Both the position numbers and the translations under genes were made by a program. Source: Chlorokybus atmophyticus (lineage: Eukaryota; Plantae; Mesostigma and Chlorokybus algae). From it: a DNA stretch of 64,000 bases. How positions within the stretch are numbered: the stretch's first letter is position 1; each line of letters starts with the position of its first letter. Positions 13,511 through 27,012 of the stretch are shown one piece after another. The notes below the pieces were generated by a model. That model did not search any database. It was not told the origin of the DNA and worked only from the letters and a program-made list of their open reading frames with translations. The stretch lies in the NCBI GenBank assembly GCA_009103225.1, contig RHPI01002069.1:1069854-1133853 (forward strand), given 5' to 3'.

Positions 13511-16365
13511 ATGGCGTTCTGGAGGTTGGAGTGGTGGCGGACACCCAGCGTGCCGCCTACGCCCACGGTGAAGGGGGAAGCGTTGTTCGTGCCACTCAAC
13601 ATCCCGCAAGACCTCGACCTCCAGCTTGACAGCTCGCTCAGGCAGCCGCTGCTTCACACAAGAGCAGAGATCAAGGTGCGAGCCAAGAGCAGAGATCAAG
13701 GTGCATGCATGCGCAAACAGCGCTGCTCCTGTCCGTTTGCTTTTATGTCCGCACCCAACCCACTCGCACATGGAGTCGGGATGCGGCCTTTGCTGTATGG
13801 GCAATCTCAATTCAATGCTGAATCTACAGTACACACATCCAGAAAAAACAACTACGTGACAGGTTTATGCGTTGTGTCTTCAGAGTACACACAACTGCTT
13901 AGATGGGTGTAGTTCAGTGTGTGCCATTGTTTCACTGTGCAAGTCACATGTACAAGGGATTACCACCTGCCAGCTCGCTATGCTAGTTGTTTGCAAGCTT
14001 CCCAAACACTGCTAGCAGCGTTATGTGCTGCTTTTGTGGGGGCAGCTTCAAGTTGCCCTTGCTGCTTTGTGCGTATGCATCATCCAAATTGGTAAACCTT
14101 GCTTGCTGATCAGGATCGATGGCGTTTGTGCTTTTGGGCATTCTTTCTGCTGGGGCTGGGGTATGTTGAACAATGTGGCATGCACAGATTGCACAATACA
14201 TGTTTACGCACACGTGCAGAGTGCATGGTTGTTGAGTAGCAGTACCGATTAGACCATTGTTGGCAGGATGCTCTTCCCGTACAATGCTTTCATCACAGCG
14301 CAAGCTTACTTTTCCATACGCTTCCAACATCTGGGTTCAATTGCAGACGAGTTCGCCAGCCTATTTGCCTTCGTGTACCTACTCAGGTACCACCTATGTG
14401 TTATGGTCCTCGTTGAGTTGTACTGTTGCTACGTGCTTGAAACTATCTTGTGCATCACAGACATCCTTGCATCAATGCACCACAGTTGCAGCAAGTGTAT
14501 AAGTACACATGTGTGCAGGCAACACTGACCCGCGCTGTCATGTGTTCAGCTCTTTGCTTTCTCTACTCGTATTCGTCAAAATCAAAGACAAGTTGGTGCT
14601 GAGCGACGATTCCCGAGTTGGCAGCAATGGAGTGTGGCGTGAGAGCATCCGCATTGGTCTGCCCCTTGCGATCAACATCGTCGTGTGCATCCTTGCAGCA
14701 GTGCTGGCGCTTGTAACAGGCATCTCCAGCAAAACCGTTTTCATGTGCGTGCAGCATTGATGAACACAACTTGACCACCTGCCAATAATTGCGCTGATCA
14801 TTGTGCTTGCAGACTGTCTCTCGTGTGCATGGCCATTCTTGGTATTGATACAGCGCTCCTGCAATGCGGCATATTTGGGCTTGCTGGACGCTTTCCACCG
14901 CTCTACATGAATGTAAGTGGATTGACTTGTTAGTGGATGACCTTTGCGTTGTTACTCTGCCTCTCGACCAACTCAGCTGAGTGGCATGTGGTCTGGGCAG
15001 GCTGTCATCAGCGGGCAGGGCGTTGCGGGGTCCCTCGTGGCCTTAAGCCAGGTGCTTGCACTGCTGTCCACAACACCCACAGACAAAGTGCCTACTCTGG
15101 AAGAGGTACATTTATGGTGCAGGATGGAATAGGCGCAGCATGTTGCATTCGTCATTCAAGTGTTGACCGGTTGACCACCGTCTTGTCTAGCACTGTGGTT
15201 GCTGGTTGTTCTTGCTGAGTATTGGCAATATTCCTTGGTTGGTCACCAAGCGCGATTGCAGTACTTGCTCTCACTCTAGTATTGAAGTAGTAGTTGCTTT
15301 GACACCTTATGTCTTTTGTAGGAGGGCCCTGCGGCTTTCCGCTTCTTCCTGGTTGCAGTTGCGGCCTCGCTGCTGGCCATCCTTGCCTACATTACGCTGG
15401 GTTTCCTGCCGCTGGCATGTTATCACGCTGTGGCGGATCGCAATGCCGCCTTCATCCGCGCGCGGTCGTACGTCGAGTTCCCTCAGGACATCCCGCGCAG
15501 TGCGTCGCAGCCATTACTGGCCGAGATCGATGCGGGCGAGGAGACCACTGACTCCATCAACGATACCACCATTGAAGCCCCGAGCACGGAGGTGCTGAAG
15601 GCACTGGCGAAGAACCGCACGGTGAAGAACATGATACAGTCCCCGAACAATGCGATGATTATCACGGGCATTATGCCTCCCGACGACGAGTCGGGCCAGA
15701 TATTCTCCCTCACGCGTGAGTCGGGAGAGCCTAGTGTCGCAGCGCAGATAGCCGGCTATGGCGGGGCTCTTGCCGCTGTGTTTGTTGTCACGCTCACCAT
15801 CTTTCCAGGGCTGATATCTTCTGTGCGGTCCGTCCACAACCCCGACGGCGTTGTGAACCCGCCGGCTGGCCGTGTGTATGGCGACCTCTTCTTGCCTCTG
15901 CTCTTCCTTGTCTTCAACACGCTGGACACTGTTGGCAGGCTGATGAGCAACGTCTGGCCGAAACAGCGCCCGTCCGCGCGTGTCATCTGGATTGCGGTCT
16001 CGCTGCGCGTATTCCTGGTCCCACTCTTTGCAATGAGCAACCTGGTGCTCAGCTCTTCAGTAAATAAGCTTTCTGTTGTGACACAACTTGGGGAAGAGCA
16101 GTGCACGCCGCCAAGCGTGCTCTTCACCAGCGACTGGTATCCCTTCCTGCTCTCGGCAGTCATTGCAGTCACCAATGGTTACTTCTCCAGCATGATCATG
16201 ATGCACACGCCCGGCATCGTGCCACCTTACCAACGTGATTCCGTCGGGGGGTTGCTGGCCATTTGGCTCAGTGCTGGACTGACCCTCGGCTCTGCTGTCT
16301 CATTCGGTGTGCGGGAACTGGTGTGCTGTTGCAACCCATTCAGTGCGCTGATTCATCGGTGGTAG
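13511..16365 (+). CDS. Equilibrative nucleoside transporter (ENT/SLC29), multi-exon
   Basis: Spliced TM1 DRWRLCFWAFFLLGLGMLFPYNAFITA (exons 14114-14160 and 14267 onward), LQCGIFGLAGRFPPLYM, AVISGQGVAG, FVVTLTIFPG, FLVFNTLDTVGR, AVTNGYFSS, LSAGLTLGS are typical ENT motifs. Confidence 0.92.
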
Positions 16366-19027
16366 GGTACTCTTTACCATTCATGCTAGTTTGTGCATTC
16401 TTCTCGCAATGACAGTTCCAGGTTGCATACTGTGTGCTATGTAGCTGGGAATAGTGCAAGACCATTGTAAGTCCGCATGTTGTTTGTATCTATGCTAGTA
16501 AGACTAGACATGCTTACGTTTGGAAGGATGTATGCAGTGGTTTTTGAGAAGGGTACCTAATAGATTATCTACCTCATCAAATGCATCCGAACGTTGCCCT
16601 ATAATGATATCATCTTGTAGTACTAAATCGTATGTAATTTAGCCATGTCCATACAATGATGTTGCAAACTTACTTTTACACCAACATTGCACCCGTCCAA
16701 TGTGGCATTCAATCATTGGTAGATGAAAAGCCATACCACACAAACCGCTTGAAATCAGAATAAATTTTATTCAGTCCGTGTTTATTCATGCTTTACACAG
16801 GACTTTGCTCTTCGCAGATTGCGAGTCGCAGGGTGCCTCCCTTTCATTTCAATCAGAGTGACCGTAATCGGATAGTAGTGTTTTGTTTTATAGTGGTATG
16901 CATGCTTCTCACGCCTTTCATTTACGAGGGTGGGATCCGTGAAGCTTATTATGGTTAGGGGGGGTATAATGTGAGCACGCGGCACACGTGTGCACTGTAT
17001 ACACGTGATACATATTGAAAAAACATTCAGCACTAGCTGGTGCTTTGAAGCATTGTACAATGTAAATGTGCTTTATGATGACCATCAAGAAATGGATTAA
17101 CTTGAAATTACTCAACAGCTTGTAAGCGACACCACTTGGTTCGGCTGAGACATTGGCGGCCGCCCAAACGAAATTGGTTATGATAACGCTCGGGCGCGTT
17201 GTAACGAATAGTGCGATTGTTGTTAATAAGATGGGTTAAAAGATTCTTTGGGGGTATGGGGGGCAACGCAAATGCGCTTTTTGAAAAGCGTTTTACCGTC
17301 AAAGTATTTGCCTTGCTGTGCGGTAGATGCGCGCAATTTTCAATCATACCGTTTTTCGTTCGTCGTCGCTTAGGCGATTGAAGATGCTTTTCGGCTGATA
17401 GCCCGACGGCCAAACGAAATCGGTTAAGGTAACATAAGTTTTTGTTTTAATGAACAGATTGTGATTGCTGTTAGTATGATTGTTTCAAACATTCCTTGGG
17501 GGTACGGGGTGCCTTCCCACCTTGTACGTATGAAAACTCGATTTTAAAAACGCGTTTTAACGCGAAACTAAGTCGTTGCCTGCCAACGCAAGCGACATTT
17601 AACGCATCTTGTCGTTCGCCATTGTCATGTCGCATTAAAGATTCTTTGCGCTTTTTACGCAAAGCTCAGCGACTGCGTTTTTAACAAATTTGCTGAAAAT
17701 AGGTACGTAGGCACTTTAATTGGGTGATCATCCGGATGGTCACGATTGATAATGTGCCGATCGGACGACACTCACAATTACAATCCAATGTTTAACATTC
17801 AAGCGCGCTGTAACTCCCCACATGCATCCATATGCCGCAATATATGTACATGATCAATATGCCGGCATTTATCGCCATACTGTTTACTATCAAATCATAT
17901 GTTGTTTAAATGGACATTTGCAGTCATAAGTGGCCATATGCACCATGCATGTACATACGCTCATTAACTTATACTTATTTAGCATACATTTGAGCAATTG
18001 CTTAACATGGGGATGTGCTTTGGATGGCTTGGATCTTCTTTGAGCAGATCTAACGGGTTATACAAAGAGCTCGCCCAGCCAATTAGAGGCAGGCGCGCAT
18101 ACTGCGCAGCCCGGCAGTCTCGCGTGTGAAATATATCATGGCCCTTGGCGCGTGTGATGTGTAGTTGACCTGAACATTGCCGGCCCGCCCGACCAAACAG
18201 CCGCACCATTAGTTACCTCGTACTTTGTAACCGCATATTTAACGATCTTTAACGATGGCACCGCTTAGTTCATGCAGCATTTACATTTACACACTGCAAC
18301 GTAACGATGATGCTACTTTTTGTTTATGGTACACATATTCAATAGATCGACTTCAAAGCAACTTATTAATTGCTACATAACCATTGGATGTCGTCGCGTT
18401 ACATTAGCAATGCTCATTGTATACGGTCTCCTTAACCAATTTTGGCGAAAGTATAGACAACAGTTGTATGACTTATTATGACAGAGGTACGATCAAACAG
18501 TTGTTATAACACATAAGGAGCATATAAGGATTAACCGATCGCTAGCTTCCAATCCAACGTCTGTGGGTTACATTTACTGTCTCCCTTGTGCGACCATATG
18601 TGTCAATTTGAAGATATGGCAATATTTCACCATATTATTTACTACCACATCAATTCTCGCTGTTGCTATTATTTAGCAATAATTTAAGCAAACGCATGGC
18701 GTGCGGATGTGGTCAGGACGCCAAGGTCTTGTTTCACATAGATCTAATCGGTGCACCACTAGTACTCGCCGCCAAGCCAATAAGAGGCAGGCGGACCGCG
18801 CATACATATTGCTGCGCAGCACGACAGCCGCGGATGCCATGTGTGATGGCCTTATGTGATAGTGTGATGTGTAGCCTATCTGTAAGCGCCCTTCAATGCC
18901 CGCCGCCCCGACCAAATCCCTCACCAACGGTCTACTACGTTTTATAGTACGAGTGGTCACATATACTGACGTGTTCGTACCTACCGCATGCATACCCGCA
19001 TGCATACAAGCATGCAATCACTGTCAG

Positions 19028-19790
19028 CTACGCGTGTGCCGCCAACAGCGCGTCCTCCTCTGAAGCGGTTGCTGACGTTCGCGGCGGGGCCCACCCTGGC
19101 ACAGCAGCCACTGCCGCCGCTCCACGCTCGAGCACGGCCATGCCCTGCGCACGCTGCAATGCACACGAGAAACGCTTCCTGTAGAGCGAGACGAATGCAG
19201 ATAGCCTGTTGACGGGGAGATCTTTGTGCGCCGGTGTGCGGCGCATACAAGCATCGAGGACGTGGAACGCCTGCCCCAGCATGCCCTTCGTTTTGGTTGT
19301 GAAGGGGTGAAACGTGTCAACCGGTGGATTTAAACTTGCGATGTGCGCCTGACCCAGCGCCACGCCTGTACGCCGTCACCGTCATATAGAAGAGCATGCG
19401 CGCGTTACGCTCCGGCTCCGACGCAACCAGGTCGACCCTTCGTCCGCGATTTCTTTCAACCCGGATCGGCATAAAACCGGTTTGCTCTCTGGTCACCGTG
19501 AAATCAGATTCGCGCATCAGGCCATGAAACTCGTCACGTAACATGTCATGAGTTGCCGTCCTGTTACGACTCACGGGGCACCTAAGCAAATGTGCCTTGA
19601 GGCGCGATGAGCATGCCGCACACGCAGTGCGGCACGTTGACAATCATCGGGTGCGACAAGCGCAGCCTTGTACGGAGCGATGTGCGAAAAAGGTCGGCGG
19701 TGAGCCTGAGCGCTGGCATTATTGGCAACGCCGTTAACCACGCTCCTGCGCCGACGCTGACGGCCGTCTGGCGCTTTTGCTTTTCGTCGT
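19028..19790 (-). mobile_element. 5'-truncated, frameshifted CRE-like non-LTR retrotransposon tail (CCHC knuckle plus RLE nuclease)
   Basis: Across three frames: GAGAWLTALP...LFRTSLRTRLRL..CVCG...HLLRC..RTATHDMLRD...RRVDLVAS...MTVT...FHPFTTKTKGMLG...ALQRAQ. These match the C-terminal motifs of RLE-type LINEs. Confidence 0.8.
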
Positions 19791-22700
19791 TAAATGGCGT
19801 TGGACCAAACAGCCGCACCACTAGTTGCCATCGTGTGGTATTATGCGTACTATCATTATGTGGTATAACCTATTTACGATGTGACAAAAGGTTTTTATGA
19901 TATGCATCATTTTATTTTGGACGAGATTGCTCCTCTTCATTGCGATTGCGGTACTTGTCAAGATTTAAGGTAATGTGAGCGTCTTAATGGCATATAATCA
20001 TATGTCGGCCATGTAAGTTATCAATACATAAATCATGTTTATTGTGGTACGTTCAACTATAATACTGGCGAGGTTGGAGTTTTACATATTATGGCTACGA
20101 TATTATTGCTGGATGCATGAGTGTGTTTCGATAAGCAACTCACGTGCGTGTGCACGGCATGGTGTGAATCCATGAGCGTACCTTAAGCTACACGTTATAG
20201 CCTACCATTATTTTCCACACTTATATTATTCGTATACATTTTGCACTGCTTACGTATACCAGCAAGCTATCTTCCACCTACACAAGGTGCCTGCATGCCA
20301 GCCCCTGCCCATGATTTGTGATTTCTTACATTACCTTGCACATGGGAAATTAGCACTGTGGGACTAATTGTTGAGTTTATGGTTGAGTCCATAACTTTGC
20401 CCGCTTGCATGCTATTGCTTGCTTGCTTGCCTGATCTTAATGCTATACCCCATACACGTGTGGCACAGCATGTTAGAAAAGTCCGTCCGGTACGTAGAGT
20501 TGAGTTTTGAATAGAATTGGAGTTTCATGTCTCTCCCGCGTTCGAAGGGTCTTGCACTAAGACCCATCGCGACGGCGCGAGGTAAACCTCCTGCAGCCAA
20601 ATCGGGCGCATGCGGCGGCCGACTCCACTTCAATAAAGAAGTGCAGCATGCACGGGGCAAGCCCTATTGCTTCTGCGCCGGCGGCGGTGGCGCTGGTGTG
20701 CGTCGCCGTCATGCGTCGCTGCCGCGCAGATGCGCATGTCCTACGGCATTGAACCACAGGTTGGCTACGCTCATCGTACGCTAGATTCAGTACTGGATGC
20801 AGCTGCAATTGCTGCTTTCAGCCTGCTTGTGAGCCGCATCTACTGCTTGGAAGTTGTCGCAGCTGCCCGGATGGTCCTGTTATGCGATGGTTGTCTTTGC
20901 TTCGGTCTCTGTGCTACATTGCTTACGCTCTTGTGCAGGCACTCGACTGACATTACGAAGATGTCAACACGGTCAAGCGGAGTCGTCTTTCCCTAATGCT
21001 TTTTCAACGTCTTCAAGCCATCGACCAAAAGTGCCCAGACTTTCCTTCACCACTCGCCTTGCTCAGGTAACAACCATTGCAGGTTGAGGCTGCACATGCA
21101 GGTTGACACTATGTAGCTGTAGTCCCAGTTACATCCATCGAGCATGCATGCCATCCAAAAGATTGCCCAGCTATGCAGTGCAGTGTTGTATAGGATCGTA
21201 TAGGTTTCTGCAGAAACCCTAGCGGTAGTCAGTCATTTCCATATAGGCTGCGTGAGCTATGTTGCCCAACGAGCCGTAGAGACGGGGGTATCTGCATGGC
21301 CTTGCAGTATCCTTTGTGCACATTCGGGCGCCCTGTCGGCTCTCACGGGGGCCGGCTGTCACGGCGTAAAGCCATGCACAAACGTCTCTGATTGACGCCC
21401 GGCAGTCGCAGGCCTTAGGGCCTCCTGCCATCATGGGCGGGGTCGCATATTCCATTGCCGTGGGGAGCAGCTATGCTGCAATTACCCCGTTGGACAAACC
21501 ATGCGACCATCATTTACATCAAACTGTGCCCTTCTGTTCTTTGACTTTGGTGATGCTGAAGTTGAAGCTGCTTGCTGGCAGGATGATGGCATGGCGGCAG
21601 TGCCCGTTTGACGAGGAGGGAGTACTGTGCACATGAAGGCTTCAGGTATGTTTCCTTTGTCGTATATTAGTGTCGCGAGTAAGAGCGCCTGCTCTTCTCT
21701 CTACCTTCTCTGTGTTCTGATGATACAGCATGGGGTATGGGATCCCCAGCGGGCGCAAAGGCATACAGCCTGTTGAGTTGCAGCCGTTTAGTCTCAGTGA
21801 GCGGTTGCTAATTATAGGTTGGGACATAACATACTGTCTCCGCTCTGCAGTTGGCGTTGGGAGCAAGACATCAGTTCCAGTTGGATGACGGCGTGCGACC
21901 TTCATGCTGATGGTGAGTGGCAATGCGACTGTTGTTAATTGGAGTGGTCTGTCAATTGGGTTGGCACCTGTTGTGGAAACGATGACACTTTCCCCAAATG
22001 ATCGACGCTGATTCTAACTATGCGACAATGCCTTCGGGCAAGCCAGTAACCTGATCCATGACCGGTGCCTGATTGCTCTGTGTTGTTTGCGGTCGTATAT
22101 GATGACACTTTAAATCCAACGCTGACTCTTTGTGAGGAGTATTATCACACGAGCTTTTTAAATCTGATACGACCAGTTTGCATAAGACACTGATTCTTGT
22201 CATGGCGTTTGGTATCTTGGGTCGTAAGCAGCTTGTGATGAGCGACCCATCGTTAATATCGCCTAGACCTCATCAGCAACTGCGACGTGCTTTGGCCTGA
22301 TTGATATGACTCTGGCACTACTTATGTTGCGCATATGCTGTATGCAGGTGCTGCAGGAAGGTGTCGCGATGACCACTTGTCAGGTAGCTATCAATGCCAC
22401 GCTTGGGTTGTGTTGGTGCTTCTAATACAGTTGGTACATGGGCTGTCTAGTGTCCTTGCACCCGTTCCCAGAAGCCATATTGTTGCGGTCAGATGGGAAT
22501 TGAAGAGCCTTATCTGGCCATCAAAAGCGCCCGTACCCCGCTATCCCGGCGCGGTCCATACTGCGTCTGGGACGAAGGGTGCGGGACATCTTGCTTTGGT
22601 TCACTTACCATTGCTAGGTGCTCATGCAGGGTTCGCAAGCTTGAATGAGGATTGGCGCATGCAGCTTTTCGCTCAAAGAATCTGCTCATTGCAGGTGTGT

Positions 22701-24320
22701 TATCACTGTCAGTTCGCACTTGCACACAAGGTAGCCCAATCCCACGCTCAATGATGAACAACTTGATGACGAGTCAGAGCATTCCTGCCAATCCAGCGGG
22801 GTGCATCTCTGTTGACAATCGAGGCATTTGTCTGATGAGCATTGGGATGAGTCTCTTTGCATACTGTGAGGTGTACATAGCTGCTGTGATGACTTCCAGA
22901 TCACTTTGTTGCTGAAGCGCATACCTGATGGCGGAATCTAAGGGTCTGAGCAGCCATCACTGTGCACTGAATTGTTTTGTGTTCTCAAGGTTGTCATGGT
23001 ATTGGCACTGCTCAATCGTTGTGCACGCTTGTAGACGGTCGAGCAGAGAGGGCACTCTTACCTTTTTTGCTCAACATATACTACTAGCAAAAACGATTGG
23101 GTGTTTTCAGTCTTGCGCCACATGTGAACGCTGAGCATGCGGACTTGTTAGCACCCGTACATGCGCGCATGACCATATGTATGTGGACTTTGCGCACAAA
23201 CCAACTCCTTTCATGTCTTCAGGTGGAGCTTGCTGCGAGACAATTGGCGCCATCAATGTTCCCCTGGTAAGTCCCTATCTCCTTTGCATTTTAATGGTGC
23301 ATCGGTCTCAAGGCCTGGCAGTAACTTGCATGATGAGATTGTAAGTCACGACGGTCATCTTATTGACTTCCCAGTCACGCAGATATCGACTTCTCTGACA
23401 AGTTGCAGCCTTGCTGCTGCATTTCCAGTCGGTGTCATGATTTTTCGGTCGTGCTACATGTACCCAAGCACTGATGTACTCTTGCTGTTGCAGGCAAGAT
23501 GAAACGTCTAAACCAACCACCATACCAAGCAGCGCCCACACATCAGCTTGGCAATTGAAGGTGTTTGGCAGTAGCTAGGCCCAAGCCAGGGGTTCCATAG
23601 GAGTCAGATAGCATCTTGGCTGGTGATGATGTCGTTGATGGCAATATATTAAAAAAACAGGTGGATTCGCTCCCTACGATGAGTGATGAGTTGTCGGGTG
23701 ACTTCCTGATTTTCATCGAGTGGCCGCATCCATTGTTTATGCATTGTCACTTGACAGTAGTCCATCTGCACGGCTGTGCCTAACATTGCTTGGAATGATG
23801 CTAGTACCATCAATGAGCACCGGAACTGCAGAGGTGTACATGTGGTTCTGTTCACTCCTTGTCCAATGTTACATGACGCCGTCTGCTCCTGGTGCTAGCC
23901 ATCATTGGTGGTAGCCATCATTGTCAGTTAGCCTGTTTGGTACACCTCCTGCAAGGGACAGGTAGTCAAGCAGTCACAACCGTATGGCATGGTATAATGC
24001 ACGCAGCACAATCCAAGCATGGCAGAATGTTGTTGTGCAGTTATGTCGGACACTCTTCCGTGTACCAGAACTAAGCAGACAAATGCATAACCGCATAGAT
24101 GGATGCTGCCGAGCATGCTCATTGTCGGGCCTGCCTCTCAATTGTCAATTTGCGCCTGAACACTGTCAGCCTCCTGTCCTGCTACAGCCAGGAACCCATT
24201 GCAAAACAGGGCAACCCGTTGTGCCGGCTTGGTCCAATGCTTACGCATCCATGACAGTGACATTACAGCCATGGCGTTCCTACAGATAAACCCTTGTGCA
24301 TGGCCATCAAGGCCCTGCCA

Positions 24321-26876
24321 TCAAGGTGGCGTTTGCGATGTGTGCAATTTGTCCTCGCCTGCCATGTAACTCAACAAGCCTCGTGCTTTACCGAAGATGC
24401 CACCGTCCAACTCAACATCCTGTGCAGCAGGCGAGGCCGGTGTTGGCGTGGCTGTCTCAGCAGACTTGGCTGACCCCTGCAACAGCATGGCAGATGTGTA
24501 CACGATTGGCCGTCGCTGCAAGCGCGCTTCACTCTCGGCCTGTTCAAGTTTTGCTGCTTCTATCGCACGGAGCTTGTCGGGGTCGAGCACATCTGATGGA
24601 GCCTCTGCAGCCAAGGTTGCTGTTCTTTGTGCTGCTTCGTTCAGGTTGCGCGTAGGGTTAGGCTTGCCAGTGCGCACTGGCGGCAGAGTCTGCCCGTTCT
24701 GCAGCACACACGCATTAGTTCATTACTTGAGCAAAGTTGAACCTATACTGAACCTGCCTCCCTGGTAAGATGGTTTCATACGACATACAACTTGCAATGA
24801 ACGGGCTGCATGCAAGTTGACACGCTTGCTATACACACATATGCTGCTCTGTGCTGTGCTGAAGGTTGGCATAGTGCAGTTGCTACGTACCTGAGCTGGA
24901 GTTTTGTCCTTGTCAAGTTGCCGCACTTGTTGTGTTGCTATTCCTTCAGCAGTGACCATTGCATCCAGCCCGGACACCTCGTCTGACTCCAGTGCGGCAG
25001 CAGAAGCGCGATCATCGCCACTTGCTGGCTGAGCTTCCGGTCTCGTGGTAGTTGATGCGGACTCTGACGCCAGCATGACCTTGTTCTGGAATTCCATGAG
25101 CTCCGCATTCAACTCAATCAACTTCTCCAACACCTGCAGACGACGTGGACGGCTGTGTGGAAGAGCTTCTTCAAACACCTGCAACCAGTTAACGTGCACA
25201 TGGCATGCATGAGGGTGGACCCCTTGTGCCAGGGGTGGCACCTACCTTCGTTTGCTGGTTAAGTGACACGTGCAGGGCATTGTTCTCCTGCTCAAGTTGT
25301 TCCTCGGAGGTTGCCAGCTGCTCGCGCATTTTTGAAGTGGTCTCGCTTGCCTCCATCAGAGTTGCAATGACCTTTGTCTGTCATTTGTCTCAGTTAGTGA
25401 CGGCAGATTGGCAAGTGCAATGCTGTGTGTGCTACACCCTGCCTGGTGTTCAACTGTGTGGTTGAGGCGGACGAGCTCCTCATTTGCTTTGTCTGCTTCA
25501 CTCTTGAGCCCGTCGCGCTCTCTGAGCGCAATTTGCAGCTTTGCCACTATGTCACTGCAGGTTAAACGTTTTCAGCTGCCACAATTTTCTCCTCAGCTGT
25601 GCACTGCGTGCATGGCATTGCCACCTCACCGCATCTCCTGCTCTTTCCGCTGAACGTCCTGCTGCTGGACAACCACTTTGGTCCTGAGCTCCATGTTCTC
25701 CTTGGTAAAATTCTGTGTGGTCGTAGAGTCATTGCACCGCAGACTGTGATACTGTGTCCACATGTTCACAGAAAACCAAGAGTCGGTGCAGTGCACTCAC
25801 TTGCTGCGAAGCAGTGGAAGCCGCAAGCGTGCGCTGCTCCTGTTCAGCCTGCAGCGCGGCCTCTGCGGCTACTCTTTCGCGTGCCGCTGCTTCCAATGTG
25901 TCGGCTCCAGCATACTCTCAAACACACGCGCACAGACACTGAGCGCTTTCGTGAAGGGGGTAACAGCTCAATTGACTTGCTCTCGAGATCAGATTTAAAG
26001 CTTACCAAAAGCTGCACGCAAGCATCCCAAAACTCCCCGCCTGTCTGTGCATGGCCAACGGTCCAGTAAGGGTCACCGCACAAGTATGCAACTTCTACTG
26101 TATGCTTTGGCCAGCACGCGCCCACCTCTTGAACAGCTGTTAGCCGCTCTGCAGTCAGGCTGACAACGTCCTGGTGCAACCGCTTGGCTCGTCTGTAAGA
26201 AACAATGTCATACGTGGCTGATGTGAGAGGCACATACATGCACAATGGTGCAGCAGAAGCGAGATGAGCTTATTGACCATGCTTCACTATACAACGTCCT
26301 GGTGCAACCGCAACTACTGCTTCCACTATGACACGCTATGCACGGGAAGCATGCCAGCTGTCGCGTGCTTCACGCTTAACAAGAGTGTCAAGGTAAGCAA
26401 GTTGGTCTGCAGGGCAGCCTTCAAGGCTGTATGCCTATTACTACGTACTTTTCCCAAATGGCGCGTGCGTCGGCGTCACTGAGGGCAGCTGCGCCACTCT
26501 GCACTCGCCACACGGCGCACACAAGCTCGAACACTCTGCTAAGCTCCACTGTCCTGGCATGTGCACGCACCTGGTACCCCACACACGCATGCATGCTCAA
26601 TAGCAAACCCACCAATGCCTGCTCCTGGCATTGACACACATACATAATGACGACGAGCTCTGAATGAGTCTGCTGTGTCTGCAACAATCCAGCGCTGTTC
26701 AAGGCTGCACTCAGCTGAACAGAGCGCTGCTGCTTGCTACCGTTGTGCACAGCCAATGCATGAGCAGCACGTGCAGTAGCAGCAGAAGCTTGTAAGCACG
26801 ATATATGCGCAGGGCTTACTTCATCGGCAAGCGCCACCGCCTGCTGCTGCCACTCCCGCAACCTGGCGGCATCCAT
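24321..26876 (-). CDS. Coiled-coil protein of unknown function, multi-exon
   Basis: Phase-consistent exons: MDAARLREWQQQAVALADE, VRAHARTVEL...AIWEK, RAKRLHQDVVSLTAERL, YAGADTLEAAARERVAAEAAL, NFTKENMELRTK, AKLQIALRERDGLKSEADKANEELVRLN, VLEKLIELNAELMEFQNK, ...GGIFGKARGLLSYMAGEDK. No family could be named. Confidence 0.7.
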
Positions 26877-27012
26877 CGCTCCGCCGCCCCCGCTGCCAAC
26901 AACAACGCCGACAATGACGATAGCAGCGACCACAGCGCCTTAACAATAGTGGCGCAGCGCACAATTGCTGTGCTCCGTGTTTAAGGCGTTGCTTGCGGCG
27001 GTGGCGGCAGGA

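Noticed and set aside
14047-14091. Hydrophobic LQVALAALCVCIIQIG as ENT TM1
   Set aside because: The phase is incompatible with the next exon, and 14114-14160 gives the canonical TM1.
21200-23900. Possible decayed retroelement (VQVRTDSDNT resembles a DIRS RNase H motif)
   Set aside because: A single weak motif, many stops, and no RT or recombinase motifs.
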